DNA of 64,000 nucleotides. It comes from Chiloscyllium plagiosum (Eukaryota). Position numbers and translations under genes: made by a program. The stretch's first letter is position 1. Each line of letters begins with the position of its first letter. The notes beneath the pieces are model-generated. The model did not search any database and was not told the origin of the DNA. It saw only the letters and a list, made by a program, of their open reading frames with translations. Positions 1 through 13,616 of this stretch are shown piece after piece. The stretch spans positions 13,630,104 to 13,694,103 of the forward strand of contig NC_057752.1 in NCBI RefSeq assembly GCF_004010195.1, read 5' to 3'.

Positions 1-1325
1 GTGCTTTGCTAATTACTATTTCAATATTTCCTGCTACCTTCAATGGTCAATGCTTGTGCATCCCAAGGTTACTCTGTCACTGCACACTTTGGAACTATTT
101 TTAACCGCCTTCTGCAAAAACGCATCATCCTGCAATTGTGCGCTGAACTCCACCTACTCTTCTCTACTTTTGCTAGCCTATCAAAAACAGAAATTGCTGG
201 CAGCATCTGGGGAGAGAAAGTAGTGATAATGTTTTGGTCCAGCAATCCTTCTTCAGAACAGACTCCTGTCCACAGATGCCGCCAGGCCAGAGTTTTTCCC
301 ACGATTTCGGTTTCTGATTGCCAGCATCAGCAGTTCTTTGGGGTTTTTTGGTTGGCTAGCCTATCAGCTTGTTGCAGTCGATTGCTATCATGCTCATAGT
401 TGCCATTCCACCAGTCTGAAAAACAGCCATTTATGATGCGCTGTTTTCAGAGTTTATGTCAAACTTTTGATACACCAAGAGGCACAATTTGTTTCAGTAA
501 TGTTTTAAGTGGTACTTTGCCAAAAGCATCATTGAGATCTACAGTGCAGTCCCTGCTTTCGACATCTGTAATTTTAATTTCAATTAGATTAGTCAAGTGC
601 AATTCACCTTTTACAAACCTGTGCTGGCTTTCCTCAACAAACTTAAATGCCTGCTGATTCTTTGTTCTAAAATCTAATCCAACACAATGTTAAATTAACT
701 AACTTGCAGTAGGCAGGAAGGCTTTCTCATTGTTTGAATGAGGGCATTATATTTACCATCACCAGTCCTTGAATACCTCCCCATATCAAGGGAGAATTGG
801 AAAAATACAGCAAGATCTTCTGCTGTCCCCTCTCCCATCTCCAACAGCAACATGGGATGCAAGCTGCATGAACAAGACAACCACTCAGAGCAGGAGCAAC
901 ACTGAATAAGTCTCCTAGAGGAACCTACAGCACTCAACTTTCAGCCCACTGTGATAGTTGTGTCTACTGATACTTTGCGAGCTTTGTCTTACAATTAAAT
1001 GCTGATACCACATACCCAAACATTAGTCGAGAGTGTGGTGCTGGAAAAGCTCATGCCTGAAACGGCAATTTTCCTGCTTCTCGGACGCTGCCTGACCTGC
1101 TGTGCTTTTCCAGCACCACACTCTCAACTCTGATCTCCAGCATCTGCAGTTCTCACTTTCCCCAACCCATCAAACATTAGACTTGCATTGTATCATATAC
1201 CACCCTCTTTATCCCAAATAGAGCCAACTTCTGAACAAATGGGAGGATTTCAGCCCACACTTTGGGATGCAAAACATCAGCTTGTATGCTTTTTGTATGG
1301 TTACAGAAAGTGGAGACAGCCATAC

Positions 1326-1496
1326 CTTCCAATTCCAATACATTCTCACCAGTGTCTGAAAGCTCCTCAGTTTGGTTTTCAGATTCCTGAGTCAGGTCTT
1401 TCTCTTCATCAGTCTGTGCATTTTGGTCTTTCAACAACATTTCATCCAAGGTTTTCAACTCCTCAGAGATTTTTTCTACTTTGCGTTTGGTATCAG
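1326..1496 (-). CDS. OS9: OS9 coding exon 7 (acidic/coiled-coil region); 3' boundary either 1326 or 1350
   Basis: (T)DTKRKVEKISEELKTLDEMLLKDQ...; acceptor ACAG|CT after a C17 tract, phase 1 fits exon 6. Two in-frame donors: CTG|GTGAGA (1350) and AAG|GTATGG (1326). Gene continues past the window start. Confidence 0.85.
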
Positions 1497-1759
1497 CTGT
1501 GCGGGGGGGGGGGGGGGGGAAGAAAGAGAGGAGAGAAAAGTTAACAGTACTGAAATCATTGCAAAAAATGTTTTCAATCAACAACTGCACTCCATGTACC
1601 CCCTCTTTTCCTTCAATTGTCATGTTTGAGGCTGTTGTAAACTAGTTTATGGAGATAGATTACCTCAATTAGTTGACAGTTATTTAATCTCACAGCTACT
1701 AGTCAGTGAACCTATGGACCTCAGTATCACATTTGCATTTGGTGCAATAGTATAGAACA

Positions 1760-2605
1760 ATGGAGAGACTGCAACTTAGGGAGGGTACAATTGTGAAGGG
1801 GGTGCAGGAGCAGAGGGAATGGTGAACATATTGAAGGTGGCGAGAACGGTTAATGAAGCAAACCTATTTCTAGGTTTCATTAAGAGAGAGTATAGAGTAC
1901 AAGAGCAGAAGGTGATGTTGAATATGTTCAAGACACATGTTAGACCTCAGCTGGAGTACAGTGTATGGCTCTGGGTGCCACTTTATGGAAAAGATGTAAA
2001 TGCAGTGGAGTGTGCAGAAGTGATCTACAAGAATGGTTCCAAGAATGAGAAACGTTGATGTGGATAGGCTGAAGGAGCTGCAACGGCTCTCCTTAGAGAG
2101 AAGGCAGTTAAGGAGATTTCAGAAAAATATATTCAAAATCACCGAGCAGATCGGGAGAAGCTCACAAAAAGAAACGAGAGAGCATGAATTCAAAGTGATG
2201 CGCAAAAGAAACAAGGGCGATTTAAGGAAAAGGAAAATTGATACAAGTCGCTCAGGTCTGGATAATATGAAGGAGGCAGAGTCCATTCAAGGAACAAACT
2301 GGCATTAATGCCAGGGCGTGTTTGAAGAGACAGTACAAGCATAATGGGGCAAATGGCTCCCTTCTGTGCCAATAATAATTCAGTGACAGAGGGTGGTGAA
2401 TCGTTGGGATTCTCTCTCCCAGAGGGCCATTGAAGCTCCGTGATTAGATAAATTCAAGATCGAGATTGAAAAGTTTCTCGTTATGAACATCATGGGTATG
2501 TGGATCACACGGGTGATGTGGTGTTGAGGTAGCTCAGCTATGATCTAGAATGGTGAAGCAGACTCCACAGGTTGAATAGCTGACTCCTGCTCCGATGTTC
2601 CTATA
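1760..2605 (+). mobile_element. Degenerate CR1 LINE 3' fragments
   Basis: ANLFLGFIKR...HVRPQLEYSVWLW motif; CR1-type 3' tails. Confidence 0.7.
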
Positions 2606-4058
2606 CAATGAACCATTTGAAGAATCACAGTTTGATTTTTCACAAAGATTTTGCTGCTTTTTAGGCAAACAGTTGAGAAACTATGGCCTTAGATTACCCC
2701 TGACCACCAACTGCTTACAGCAAAACTAGCAGGTGTAACAAGTCGGGAATGTCTCATTGAGAATGCATTTCTAAAAGGATATTAACATTAGTAAAAGGCC
2801 AAAACACACACTGCTTCAATCTGAAGAGCCAGTGTCCCAGAGTCAAAAATCAGAAGCAGCAATTTATTTCAAATCAGACCAGAAGCTGGTGAGTTTAAAA
2901 GATCAAAGATTTCAAACTTTTATGGGTGTGGTTCACCTTTAGTCATTGATGGGAGAGTACTAAATGGTTTAAAACAAAAGGCTTATAAAAAGACTACTCA
3001 AGGAACCCATTTCCCATAAAGCAGTACTAAGTAACAAAGCACATCAGACCAAGGTTACAACCCAGAATGCAAATGTCCACCTGAAAATACGACCAACAAT
3101 CCTGAGAGATTGGTTTAGTACTTGTGGGCAAGATACAATTTAACAAAACAAAAATCCAGTTGGACTGGAGGGAAGTCAGGACTATCAAGTGGACATATAC
3201 TGTACATGTAACTGGAGTGAAACATTAATCAGCAGCACCTCAGCAGAATACATCAGAAGGGCAATTATTTAAAACTCAGGTGGGGATTTGTTTTGCTTCA
3301 ACCCATCATTGAATCACCATTTACGGATATATTGTTGTTGCTCACTGGAATCAATCTTAAAAATAATGATTTGAAGCTTTTTGAGAAGAAATGTAAAAAA
3401 GTAGCATTCAACATTAAAAAATACCCTCATCTCATCTGGATTCACATCTTCCCCCCCCCCCCCATTTTCTTATTTGTAGCATTTACATTAAGAGGCCGCT
3501 CTTTTTAGGTCTATTGCCATAACCTTTAGCCAAGGTCCTGTTAACCAGACCTGGCAGCAAACAACTCCACTAGGAGTTGTGTCAGCTGATAAGGCACCTT
3601 CCCTTAATAGAAATCAACAGGCATCCCAAGCCCAAACAGAGAAAAGCCAAGGTCCCTTTACAGAGAGGACAGAGTCTTCTGCAAGGTCAGCAAGTGACCT
3701 ACAAATTTAATTGAGATTGTGAAGGAGGGGAGAGCAATGAGTGAACCGGATACATATCCCATACACTCACCACCTTAAATGTTACTTCATTAACTTTAGA
3801 TTAGATGTAAATGTTACTAATGTCCAACCATTGTTTCCTGCTTGGTTCCAAAGTTAAGGACATGAAGCATTAGTGTAGGACAGATAAAAGTCATGGATTA
3901 TCAGAATACTAAATTTCGTTAGAAACAAGGCCATTACAGTTATACCTTCATAAGGAAATACAATCATGCATAAAATACTGGTGTCAGTACAGGTCTAATC
4001 ATGCACACATCATTAGCTCACCCTTGCTGATTGAAGATATTAAAATTTTAGTACTTAC

Positions 4059-4260
4059 TGACTTGGGCCTTGACATACTCTACGTACTGTTCTGGGCTGA
4101 GGGCAGGTTGGCATTTAATTGGTTGAGGCTTGGAAACAACAGCAGGGCGCAAGTAAGGGTGATGGCAAATCCGAGTGGTGTGTATGGTTAGCACGTAATT
4201 ACATGACTGAGGTTCATCCACTCGAGCTATGTAATCCCCAGATCCTTCTTCGCACATAAA
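4059..4260 (-). CDS. OS9: OS9 coding exon 6 (202 nt, end of MRH domain)
   Basis: FMCEEGSGDYIARVDEPQSCNYVLTIHTTRICHHP...YVEYVKAQV; acceptor TAATAG|TTT, donor TCA|GTAAGT; phase 0/1, matching the next exon. Confidence 0.94.
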
Positions 4261-5014
4261 CTATTAAGAATACAAGTAGTAAAAAGAAAATAGAACATTT
4301 TGTTAGCATAGGAATGGCCCAAGTCATTTACCCATCAACATGATCAATAACTCCCCTGCCTTCGAAGCAATTCATTTCAAGGTCTCCCCAAAATCCAGGC
4401 ACGTCAAGGAGAAATTCCACATACTGTATTCTGAGGCCGAGATTGGTTGGCTGCCAATTTGGAAGACATTAGGATCCTTTTCTCGGGGGGACTCAATGAC
4501 ATTTCCCAGCTCTCCTGGGTAGGTTTCTTAATGGAGTTGTTCCTGTTATCGAAAATCATGACAATTCACTGTTGTTGCTAGGGACTATCAACAGTGACTA
4601 TTTTCACCAGCACTTTATACACTGTTAAAAATGCCAATATTTTCTAAGGGTAGAGGAGAGAAGTGAAAGAATGCAGGAAGCCAGTGTCCAAATCAGCAAG
4701 TGTGGACATTGTAGGCTGAAGCTGCAGAAGTGCAAATCAGGTGCTTTTTGAAAGGGGTACAGCATATGTTGGGCATTATTTAGGAGGGAAATGTAGTCAA
4801 AAAAGAGAAAAATGAGTTTTAACAAAAATGTAGACTAAGAGGTCATTAAAAAAGGACCAAACATGGATTTCCATTGAGAAGCTATTCTATGGAAACTGTC
4901 GCCAAACAATATCATGGCTTCCTTCTCATAGCGCCCCAATTTACCTATAGGATTCTACGTCCCAAGAGATGATACATGGATGCTTCGATATATTAAAACA
5001 AAATCATAAGATAT

Positions 5015-5397
5015 AACGAAGAGGGGTTGACTAAACTGACTTTTCTCTCTGGAGAGAAGGAGGAGGGAAAAAAAGGTGACCTGATCGAGGTATACAAGGT
5101 AATGAGGTGCATGGATAGCCAGAGGGGATATAGTTTTAAGATATTAGGAGGAAGGTATAAAGGAGACATCAGAGATAGGTTCTTTATGCAGAGAGTTGAG
5201 TGCATGGAATGCGTTGCCAGCAGTGGTGGTGGAAGCAGAGTCATTAGGGACATTTAAGCGACTGCTGGACATGCACATGGACAGCAGTGAATTGAGGGGG
5301 GCATAGGTTAGGTTATTCTATTTCAGATTAGGAATAATCCTTGGCACAACATTCTGGGCTGAAGAGCCTGTCCTGTCCTGTACTTTTCTATGTTCCA
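5015..5397 (+). mobile_element. CR1 LINE 3' end
   Basis: KGDLIEVYKVMR...FFMQRVE; TTCTATGTTC tail. Confidence 0.75.
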
Positions 5398-5433
5398 TTA
5401 AACTCTAGTTCCTTTCTTTAAGCAAGCTTCAGT

Positions 5434-5738
5434 GGGTGGCACGGTGGTTAGCACTACTGCCTCACAGCGCCAGAGACCTGGGTTCAGTTCCCGCCTCAGG
5501 CGACTGTGTGGAGTTTGCATGTTCTCCCCGTGTCTGCGTGGGTTTCCTCTGGGTGCTCCGGTTTCCTCCCACAGTCCAAAGATGTGCAGGTTAGGTGAAT
5601 TGGCCATGCTAAATTGCCCGTAGAGTTAGGTAAGGGGCAAATGTATGGGTGGGTTTCGCTTTGGCGGGTCGGTGTGGACTTATTGGGCCGAAGGGCCTGT
5701 TTCCACACTGTACTGTAAAGTAATCTAATCTAATCTAC
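5434..5738 (+). mobile_element. HE1-like tRNA-derived SINE
   Basis: GGTGGTTAGCACTACTGCCTCACAGCGCCAGAGACCTGGGTTC head; TGGCCATGCTAAATTGCCC core; CR1-like tail; (TAATC)n end. Confidence 0.85.
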
Positions 5739-7177
5739 TATAGAGCACGTGGAGATGAAACAGATGGTGGCATATGCTGGTCAAGTCTTCCCTAGTTGAC
5801 CGAAAAATTGAACCATTTTAAAGTGTTACTCTTAAAAATAATGTAGTACCTCCTTAAAGGGCTGCTTCCTTTTCCACTGAAATTATACAATTGCAGCTTT
5901 GCAGAGTGCTAGTCACACATGCAATTAGTGACACCACATGGAACATTTAGGTATAGCACTACATAAAGGAACTAGCACTGCCCAAGGAAAACAAAGGCCA
6001 GTCAGTGAATCTACACTTACTATGTTGCAGTTACATCTATATTACTCTAGTATTGGACTCCCAGCTATTTCAGATCATCTTAAACTAATCACGATCAGAG
6101 ATTTAGTCCTGCAAAGCAGTAGCATGCTATTAATCCACAATGACACTACTTTAAACAGATTGTGGTTAGCTTAGTTTGCAGGAGCAAACATCAGGCTGTT
6201 TGCACATGTTTGTGTTTCTTCTCTATTCCCTACAGGTCTCGATCTACGAGAGAGGAAATACAAGCAAAAACATTTGCAAACAGCAAGACGCAGGGGACTT
6301 GCTGCACAAGTGAGTTTTATGTAGAAGCCTAGATTATCTTTCATACTGAAAAGTTGTGACAAAAAAAAAAATGTACAAAAGCAGCTTTGCAACTTGAAGG
6401 TTTTGGCTGAAATCCAGCTACACTGCTGGAATGGAAGTCTTAATGGACAGCTCAAACAGACAAGTTCAAGCAGTTTACTGCAGTGATTACTCATGCATAC
6501 TACAACACCAGCTGATGTGAAACAAGTTAGTTAATTTACTGGGGTGTAGATGACAGGATCAAAGCAGTATTTATTCCCACTTATAGATCCCTCAAGAGCA
6601 GCACAAGTCAACCAAAAGCGTCACGTGGGCAGAACTGGATAAGGGTGGCATGGTTTCTTGGAGGGATATTAGTGAAACAGTTGAAGTTTTTAATTTTTTA
6701 AAAATCAATCATTCCCATAACTATGCTCTTGGCACCAAGCCACAAATTGATGGGATTTAAACCTCACTTCTGGGTCCTCTCTTCAATACAGTAACCACTA
6801 GATTAATGTATTTCCTTAATGAATGCCACACTGATACAATGGAGACCAGCTAAAGTCACAGTCAAGACATGCTGCTGAGACAAACAATTGAAACCATGCT
6901 ATACCTGTCTACGGTGTTTCATCAATTACCCCACAGGTTAATTTCCTTTTCCTCAGCAACATATTGCGAACCCATACATTAGGATGAATGCTCCATTTCC
7001 CCCCACCTTAACTGGCAATAACAGAATGCTGCAGTGCTGACTTTTCAATCAATACTGGAAAGGAAGCCTTTACTAAATTAAGGCAATTTCTGCGTTTCAA
7101 CGCTTCAAACAATGGGCTGCCTGGATTGAAGTGTACAGTTTCAGTTAGTTTCTAGGATGAAGAGCCTGTAAACTTAC

Positions 7178-7276
7178 CCTTACTTCAGCCTCCCTTGGCT
7201 TTTCATTGAGGTCACATTTGGATCCATTTACATAAGTCTGACTATGGTATCTTTTCAACTTATGCTGCTTTGAAGC
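7178..7276 (-). CDS. OS9: OS9 coding exon 5 (99 nt)
   Basis: ASKQHKLKRYHSQTYVNGSKCDLNEKPREAEVR; acceptor TTGCAG|GCT, donor AGG|GTAAGT; phase 0/0. Confidence 0.96.
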
Positions 7277-8619
7277 CTGCAAATAAAGGGAATTCTTAAA
7301 AAGTATATAAACTTGAGGTTTCAAAACTATAAACTGAAAAAAAATGCATTCAACTCCTAAAGTGCCAATGGTCCATGGATGATAAAAAACACATCAGGGT
7401 GACAATGGAAGCAAACCGCATTGGATATAATTGGCCTTTCTCTGCCCCTTTATGATGTAAAATTCAATTGACACCAGCAACCTTCCATGAGCTGATCAAG
7501 TGATAATTTCTCACATGCGGGTTCACAAATTTCAAACAGGTTATTCAACCAGAGCAGCAGGAGGAAACATAATTAAGTCTGCCAACATCCATGCTTCTGG
7601 CAGCTGGGATACATAGCGATTGGAACCCGGGTCAATTTACTCTTTCCAACTCAAAGGCTACGTCTTCTGACTGACGTCTTCTGACTGACATCAGGCAAGT
7701 CAATTAAGATCGAAGACCAAGCCTCGCACTTTCCATCTATATGGCTCAAATGACTTGTTAGTTTAATTCGTGAGCCAACAAGGTCACTTACCCAAGCAAT
7801 AAAACAATGTTTGACACAATAACACAGTTATGCCTACAAATGAAACAGGAGGTTGAGTCACTTCAAATTAATGCAACATTTTTGAAATTTGCAGGCTGAA
7901 GGCAGGAAGTAAAATATTAAAAGGTATCAGATATATATATTCTGAAAGCTTTTACACCTTTGACATCAAATATCATGCACTTTTTTAAAAAAATGAAACT
8001 GCATTTCAAAAGTTAGCTAATTACAATGCCTGAATGAGAAAGTATCGATTAGCTGTTGACCGAAAGAAGGTAACGCTGGAAGATTAGCTTAATATTTAAA
8101 CAGAAAATGCTGGAAATACTAAACATGTCAAGCAGAATCTGTGCAGAGTGAAACAGAGTTAAATGTTTCAGGTTGAAGAACGCTCATCAATAATGTTCTA
8201 AAAAAGTCACTAACCAGAAACATTGAATTGCTATTCTCTCCACAGATGCAAGCTAATCAGCTGAGCACTTCCAGCATTTCTACTTTCATTTCCTATATTC
8301 CAGCGTCTGCAAGATTTCACTTTATTTTTAGCTCAGCATTTGACAGAGGGAATTTTGTCTTTTAAAAAATTGCAAAATTTCTGTCAAGCAGTCATTCTCC
8401 ATATCCACATGAAACAGAAATTAGGTAAAACCTGCCCAGGCATTAAAATGCTGCAATTGCACTGCTCTATGATCTTACCTTTCAGTCCCATGGGCTTGCA
8501 GTACTCGAGAAAGAGCAAAAACAAAAATGCATAGCTTCTATTTATTAAGGCAAGGAAATCAGAGATAGATATTTGCGCACAATTCAATGCTGCAATGGTG
8601 AACTATATATGTGGGGAAA

Positions 8620-9040
8620 AAAACTTGCATTTTATTGCGCCATTCATGGCCTCAGGATGTTCTATAGCCAATGAAGTACTTTTGAAGTGCAGTTGTTATT
8701 GTAAAGAAATGCGGTTGCCAATTTGCGCACAGCAAGGTCCCATAAACAGCAATGAGAAACAACCAGATAATCAGTTTTAGTGAAGTTGGTGGATAGAGGT
8801 GGACACTGGTCAGGCCACTAAAGAAAACTTCCTTACTCTTCTTTGACTAACATCATGGGATCTTTAATGTCTACAGAAGGGAGCAAGTATGATTTTGTTT
8901 AAACGTCTCATTTGAAAGACATCACCTCCCATGGTGCAACACTCAATACTTCACTGAAGTGCCAAGTCTCCAGAGTGGGACTGGAACCCACAACTTTCTG
9001 ACTGAGGTGAGGGGGCTACCATTGAGCCACAGCTGACACA
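8620..9040 (-). mobile_element. DeuSINE (SacSINE1/AmnSINE1-like) in OS9 intron 4
   Basis: GAAGTACTTTTGAAGTG...GCCAATTTGCGCACAGCAAG...CAGATAATC...CATGGGATCTTT...AACGTCTCAT...GAACCCACAAC...TGAGCCAC matches the Deu domain plus tRNA head as I recall it. Confidence 0.75.
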
Positions 9041-9260
9041 TACCATTTAGTGTCTAGATTTGTTCAAACCTCAGAAATTCAGCTTAAAATAAAAGTGAAA
9101 ATAAAACCACAGAGTTAATCACTCAACTGATGTAAGATTAACAGCCAAAGCAAATTGGCTAAGGACAGCACGAACAGCATTTACTTAAAGCATTGATCTT
9201 TTGGGACCTGCAGCAGATTGACATCAGACTAGCCTACCTATGATCGGAATTCATCCTTAC

Positions 9261-9337
9261 CTTGGCAGTTTCATTGTTCCAGTCAAATTCAGATTCATAA
9301 AACCCAAGATACATCACATCTCCTTTAACTTCAGAAT
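9261..9337 (-). CDS. OS9: OS9 coding exon 4 (77 nt)
   Basis: (D)SEVKGDVMYLGFYESEFDWNNETAK; acceptor CTCAG|AT, donor AAG|GTAAGG; phase 1/0. Confidence 0.96.
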
Positions 9338-10409
9338 CTGAGCACAACAAAAAAATTAAAGCTAAAATGCAAACTCTGTCTTGAAAAGAAAGGAAAAATG
9401 TTGAGAACTGCATGCAGTGCAAAACGAACACTGCATTTACATTCTAGAGCTGGCAATGTCAGCAGCGCTTTAACATTGCATGTCAATCCAGAATGACTCC
9501 TGCAGCAGAGTTCACCTTCTGGAGGCAGCTCCTTACTATGTTACTCGTTTGCATTCAGTGCTTTGCCTTCAGTCACCATTAAGTTCTTGCCTGATCTCTC
9601 AACTCACCTGTTAAGAGGTCAGTATTACAGTTTTTACATTGCTGGCCTGTTAAAACATTATCCCTAACTTTAGGAAAGCTTTCAGGCCAGAAATCTCTCG
9701 GCATAAACAGGCCCTGACCAACACTGCAGATGCAGTGATTTGTCAACAAGCTGTACAATGGCAGCCTTAATGTAGTACAGACACTTTCATAAAATAAAAC
9801 AAATTTACTTCGAGTTCGAGTCTGCTGAGCAGCATCAGGCATATGCACTGACACAGTAAAGTGAAGACAAATAGTTGAAAAATCACACTTTTATTACAAT
9901 TATTGCTTGCATTATAATATAGACGTTCCTAGTGCAAACATCTCCAAGGGATTAGGGCAACTTTACCTGGAGGACAGGGATAGGTTGATACCTACCATTT
10001 CAATTGCCGACATGGGTTGGGGAGTAAGGCTGGCAATGGGAGGGTAAAATATCCATTTCTCTGCACAGGCAACAACAGTCAAAAATATGGGAGCTGTACT
10101 GGTTTATAGTCAACCCAAATTAGTGGGAATATCCTAACTATAGAGAAATATTTTGAATCTCATTTCTGTGGGCAGCACACATGTTAAATATTCTGAATAT
10201 ATGATTTTTGTGATTTTGGTTAAGTTTTGACTTCGTGGCTATTTCTCCAAGACCAGTACCAATACAAGAATGCTACAAACTCCTGTAGCTGCTTATTTCA
10301 GTACAAGGGTGCAAGTTTTGTCAGTAAGTCTCGCCAATTAAGAAAAGTTAGAGGGAAGTAGAACACCAGCTTTGCACTAGAATGGAATTGGATCAGTTTT
10401 ACAAGATCA

Positions 10410-11010
10410 ACAGCTTTTGAGAAGATTTGTAGCTCAAGTTGATGGTAAGTATAGAAGTAAGCTCGCTCGCTGAGCTGGAAGCTTTGTTTTCAGATGTTTC
10501 GTCACCATGACTAGGTAACAGCATCAGTGAGAGTCTTCAGTGAAGTGCTGGTGGTATGTCCCACCTCTCTATTTATAGGTATTGGTTTCTTAAGGTGGGT
10601 GATGTCATTTCCAGTTCTTTTTTCTCCCCAAGGGAAGGTAGACGGGATCTAAATTGATGGAGTTCTGGTTAGAATGCCATGCCTCTAAGAATTCTTGTGC
10701 GTGTCTTTGTTTTGCCTGTCCTAGGATGTGTGTGTTGTCCCAGTCAAAGTGGTGTTTTTCTTTGTCTGTATGTATGGAAAGCAGTGATAGTGGGTCATGT
10801 CTTTTGGTGGCTAGTTGGTGTTCATGCACCCTGGTGGCAAGTTTCCTGCTTGTTTGTCCAATGTAGTTTTTTTTAAAAACAGATCTTGCATGGTACGTTG
10901 TAAACAATGTTAGTTTTACTGGTAGTATCTAATGGATCCTTTCGCTTCATTAATTGCTGTTTAAGTGTGTTGGTAAGTATGTAGGCTACCATGATGCCAA
11001 GGGGTCTGAG
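10410..11010 (-). mobile_element. Penelope-like element 3' fragment (GIY-YIG endonuclease + degenerate hammerhead)
   Basis: ORF 10605-10907 NYIGQTSRKLATRVHEH...HHFDWDNTHILGQ...EFLEAWH is a typical PLE GIY-YIG C-terminus. Confidence 0.85.
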
Positions 11011-11174
11011 TCAATATCATAGCAGTCAGCTTGAAAATATAGCACCTCTAGTGCTAATAAGTTTCAGAAAATGCAGGAGGGGGAATGTGAAAAGTTGAGA
11101 GCCAACATAGTCCAGTGAGAAGTTACAAACAACCCAAATCCAACATTATATTAACAAAAGCATTTTTTATTTAC

Positions 11175-11238
11175 CTTCTGTGTGATATTGCTTGATATGT
11201 TGGCCATAACAAAATTCATATGTCCACCAGTCTTTGGT
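11175..11238 (-). CDS. OS9: OS9 coding exon 3 (64 nt, MRH domain WW motif)
   Basis: TKDWWTYEFCYGQHIKQYHTE; acceptor TTATAG|ACC, donor AAG|GTAAAT; phase 0/1. Confidence 0.96.
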
Positions 11239-12387
11239 CTATAAGTAAACAAAGAAAAACAAGCTCCAACAATGAAACAGATTTGACAACGAACTGCAAT
11301 TTAACCAAACCAAAAACACAGTAACTTTAGTTGGAAAAGAATGGGACAGTGTCATATTTTTCCCGGTCGATAAAGCATTACTTTTGTTTCAGTTTAGTTG
11401 CTCCTTTTCCTTACTACTTCAACATTTGGAAGACTGGAGGATAGGGTAGGAATTAACATTTTATGGTGTAGTTCATTACCTAGTCACCGCCAGCTCGCAG
11501 AAGCCAATGTGCTGGGCTCCATTTGCAATTGTTGTTCTACATGCAAGACTACCAGAAACCATTTTTAGCAATCTTCTCAAATCAAAGGACTAATGTGGAA
11601 ACATAATGATTGTGTTAGTGAAGTAAAACATCCATCTTCTGAAAAGAGATTAGGCCCTGGTTTCAACTTCTGCCACTATGTGCCTCTCTACAATAATTCA
11701 CATTTGAATACGGTCTTGGAAAGTTACACAAAACAGAAACAGGTTGCAGTACACTGGCACAAAGGAAGAGTTACAGCCCTAATTACATGCAGTGTTCACG
11801 ATCCTACAATGCAGTTGGTAAACCTCACCATCAGATATCAAGGATCTCTTGTTTGACCACTGGTCTATTCAGGAGTCCATCATCAGCCAAAGGGCAAAAA
11901 GAAAATTCTCCAGCAAAAAAAAAAAAGGACGAGAAACTTTTCAAGAAAAGGGAAAGGATTTCCAATCCTGGTCGTTGTTGTAGATTTAAGCATACATGGA
12001 CATTGTAGGGGTCTCTTAGGTCATGGCTAAACTTAATGCTTCAAACCTGCAGGTAAAATAGCCAATAGGAAGAGCTACCGCAGGGTCTGCAGAGCCAGGA
12101 TTGTATCACAGCAAATGGCAAATCCCCCAGGTGAAGAAAATTGGGGAAGAGTTCGGTGGAAGAGAGTTTGATGAGAGAGAAGGCATCTGTTCAAACAGCA
12201 ATTAAAAATACTACGTATTATGACATTAGTGCTGCACAACTTTGCTCTTACAATTCAATTGCTTGGGAAGAGGGCAAGGACACCAGCAAGACTAGAGAAT
12301 TACTTAATAGACACAGATTTAAAAAGAATAGATATTCACTTAAAGCAACAAACATTTAACTTCATTTTGCCAAAACGAGACCCTCAC

Positions 12388-12564
12388 CTTTACAAGACAA
12401 GGTGCTGCATGCATCGGCTTCAATAGCTCAGAGATCCCTAGCCCAGAGTAGGATTGCGTCTCATCTTCAGCTTCTTGCTGAAATTTCAGGGCTTGAGCTG
12501 GTAGCCTGCACTCATACATCTGCTTGTATTTAGAAGATACTAGGACAACATCGTCGGATGGAGT
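12388..12564 (-). CDS. OS9: OS9 coding exon 2 (177 nt)
   Basis: TPSDDVVLVSSKYKQMYECRLPAQ...PMHAAPCLVK; acceptor TTATCCAG|ACT, donor AAG|GTGAGG; phase 0/0. Confidence 0.96.
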
Positions 12565-13581
12565 CTGGATAACGAGGGGGAAAAAGGCAAAGTTAGACAG
12601 CAATCGCAGCAATTCTTTTGACCCCAGACCATATATCTAGTCCAGCTCAGAGCAATGGATCAAACAGTTCCATCAATGACCAAGATGCTGTTTATTTAAA
12701 TGTAAAGGCAAAACCTCACATGCCGTAAAACCAGCTCATGTTCAACACAAATTACAGCTTCAGGGCAGCTGTTGGCATGGGAAAATATTGCCCAAGGGGC
12801 TCTCGTGGTGCAGTGGTAATGCCAGTGCGCGCCAGAAGGCCTGGGTTCAAGCCCCAACTGCTCCATAGATGCATCAGAAAATCAACCTGTTCAGATACAT
12901 TAAAAAGTCTAGAAATATCACCATGAAGCAGGAAAGGGCTTAAACATTCGTATTAATTTCAACTAACAGGACCACAAAAAAATTATATAACTTTATGAAT
13001 TTAATCCAATCGTTAAGGAATATCTGGCATCATTTATACAATTTTATAAATGCATAGCTAAGTTTTGATATTTACTTGCATTGAAATTTTTAAGCCAAAA
13101 GTCAATTAGTTTCTTTTCTTTCAAAAAGAAAGTCACATATTTGTGAATTTCATTTAACTCTCCCACAATACTGAAATTTAATGAGATGGGGAGAAGAAAC
13201 AAACAGCTTAAACTACAGTAGCAGTCCAAAGGGGATGGTATTCAAAAAGGTTGAGATATCAGGGGAAGTCTGATTGATATTCCCTTCTCTTCCATAAGCA
13301 CCAAATCTTGGAAGTTCTGTTCCATTAGTTCCGGTTGTCCTCCAGATACCTCCCCATGTACTGGTTCTAGACAGCGCTGTGCTCGAGCCATTTTGCAGAA
13401 AGGTTCACCACGCCAACTCTTGTTTTGAGATAAGCCTGCAAGCTGGTTTCAGAAACCGGAACATGGCAAATTTCAAACATGCTGCGTGAGGAGCTATGGC
13501 TTTTCACTTGGGTTAGCTGGGGTGTACAAAGTTTAAAAATCACACAACACCGGGTTATAGCCCAACAGGTTTAACTGGAAG

Positions 13582-13616
13582 CACTAGCTTTCGGAGTGCT
13601 GCTCCTTCATCAGGTG
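13582..13616 (-). ncRNA. Minimal (PLE-type) hammerhead ribozyme motif, sense to OS9 intron 1
   Basis: cac-CUGAUGA-aGGAGcagcaCUCC-GAA-AGCU-A-gug: intact core, helix II, palindromic AGCU in place of helix III, helix I cac/gug. Confidence 0.75.

Noticed and set aside
4060..4063. Alternative exon 6 donor CAA|GTCAGT
   Set aside because: Phase 0 would frameshift exon 7; the donor at 4058 (GTAAGT) keeps frame.
7660..7690. 14-bp tandem duplication ACGTCTTCTGACTG in intron 4
   Set aside because: Simple local duplication with no evidence of function.
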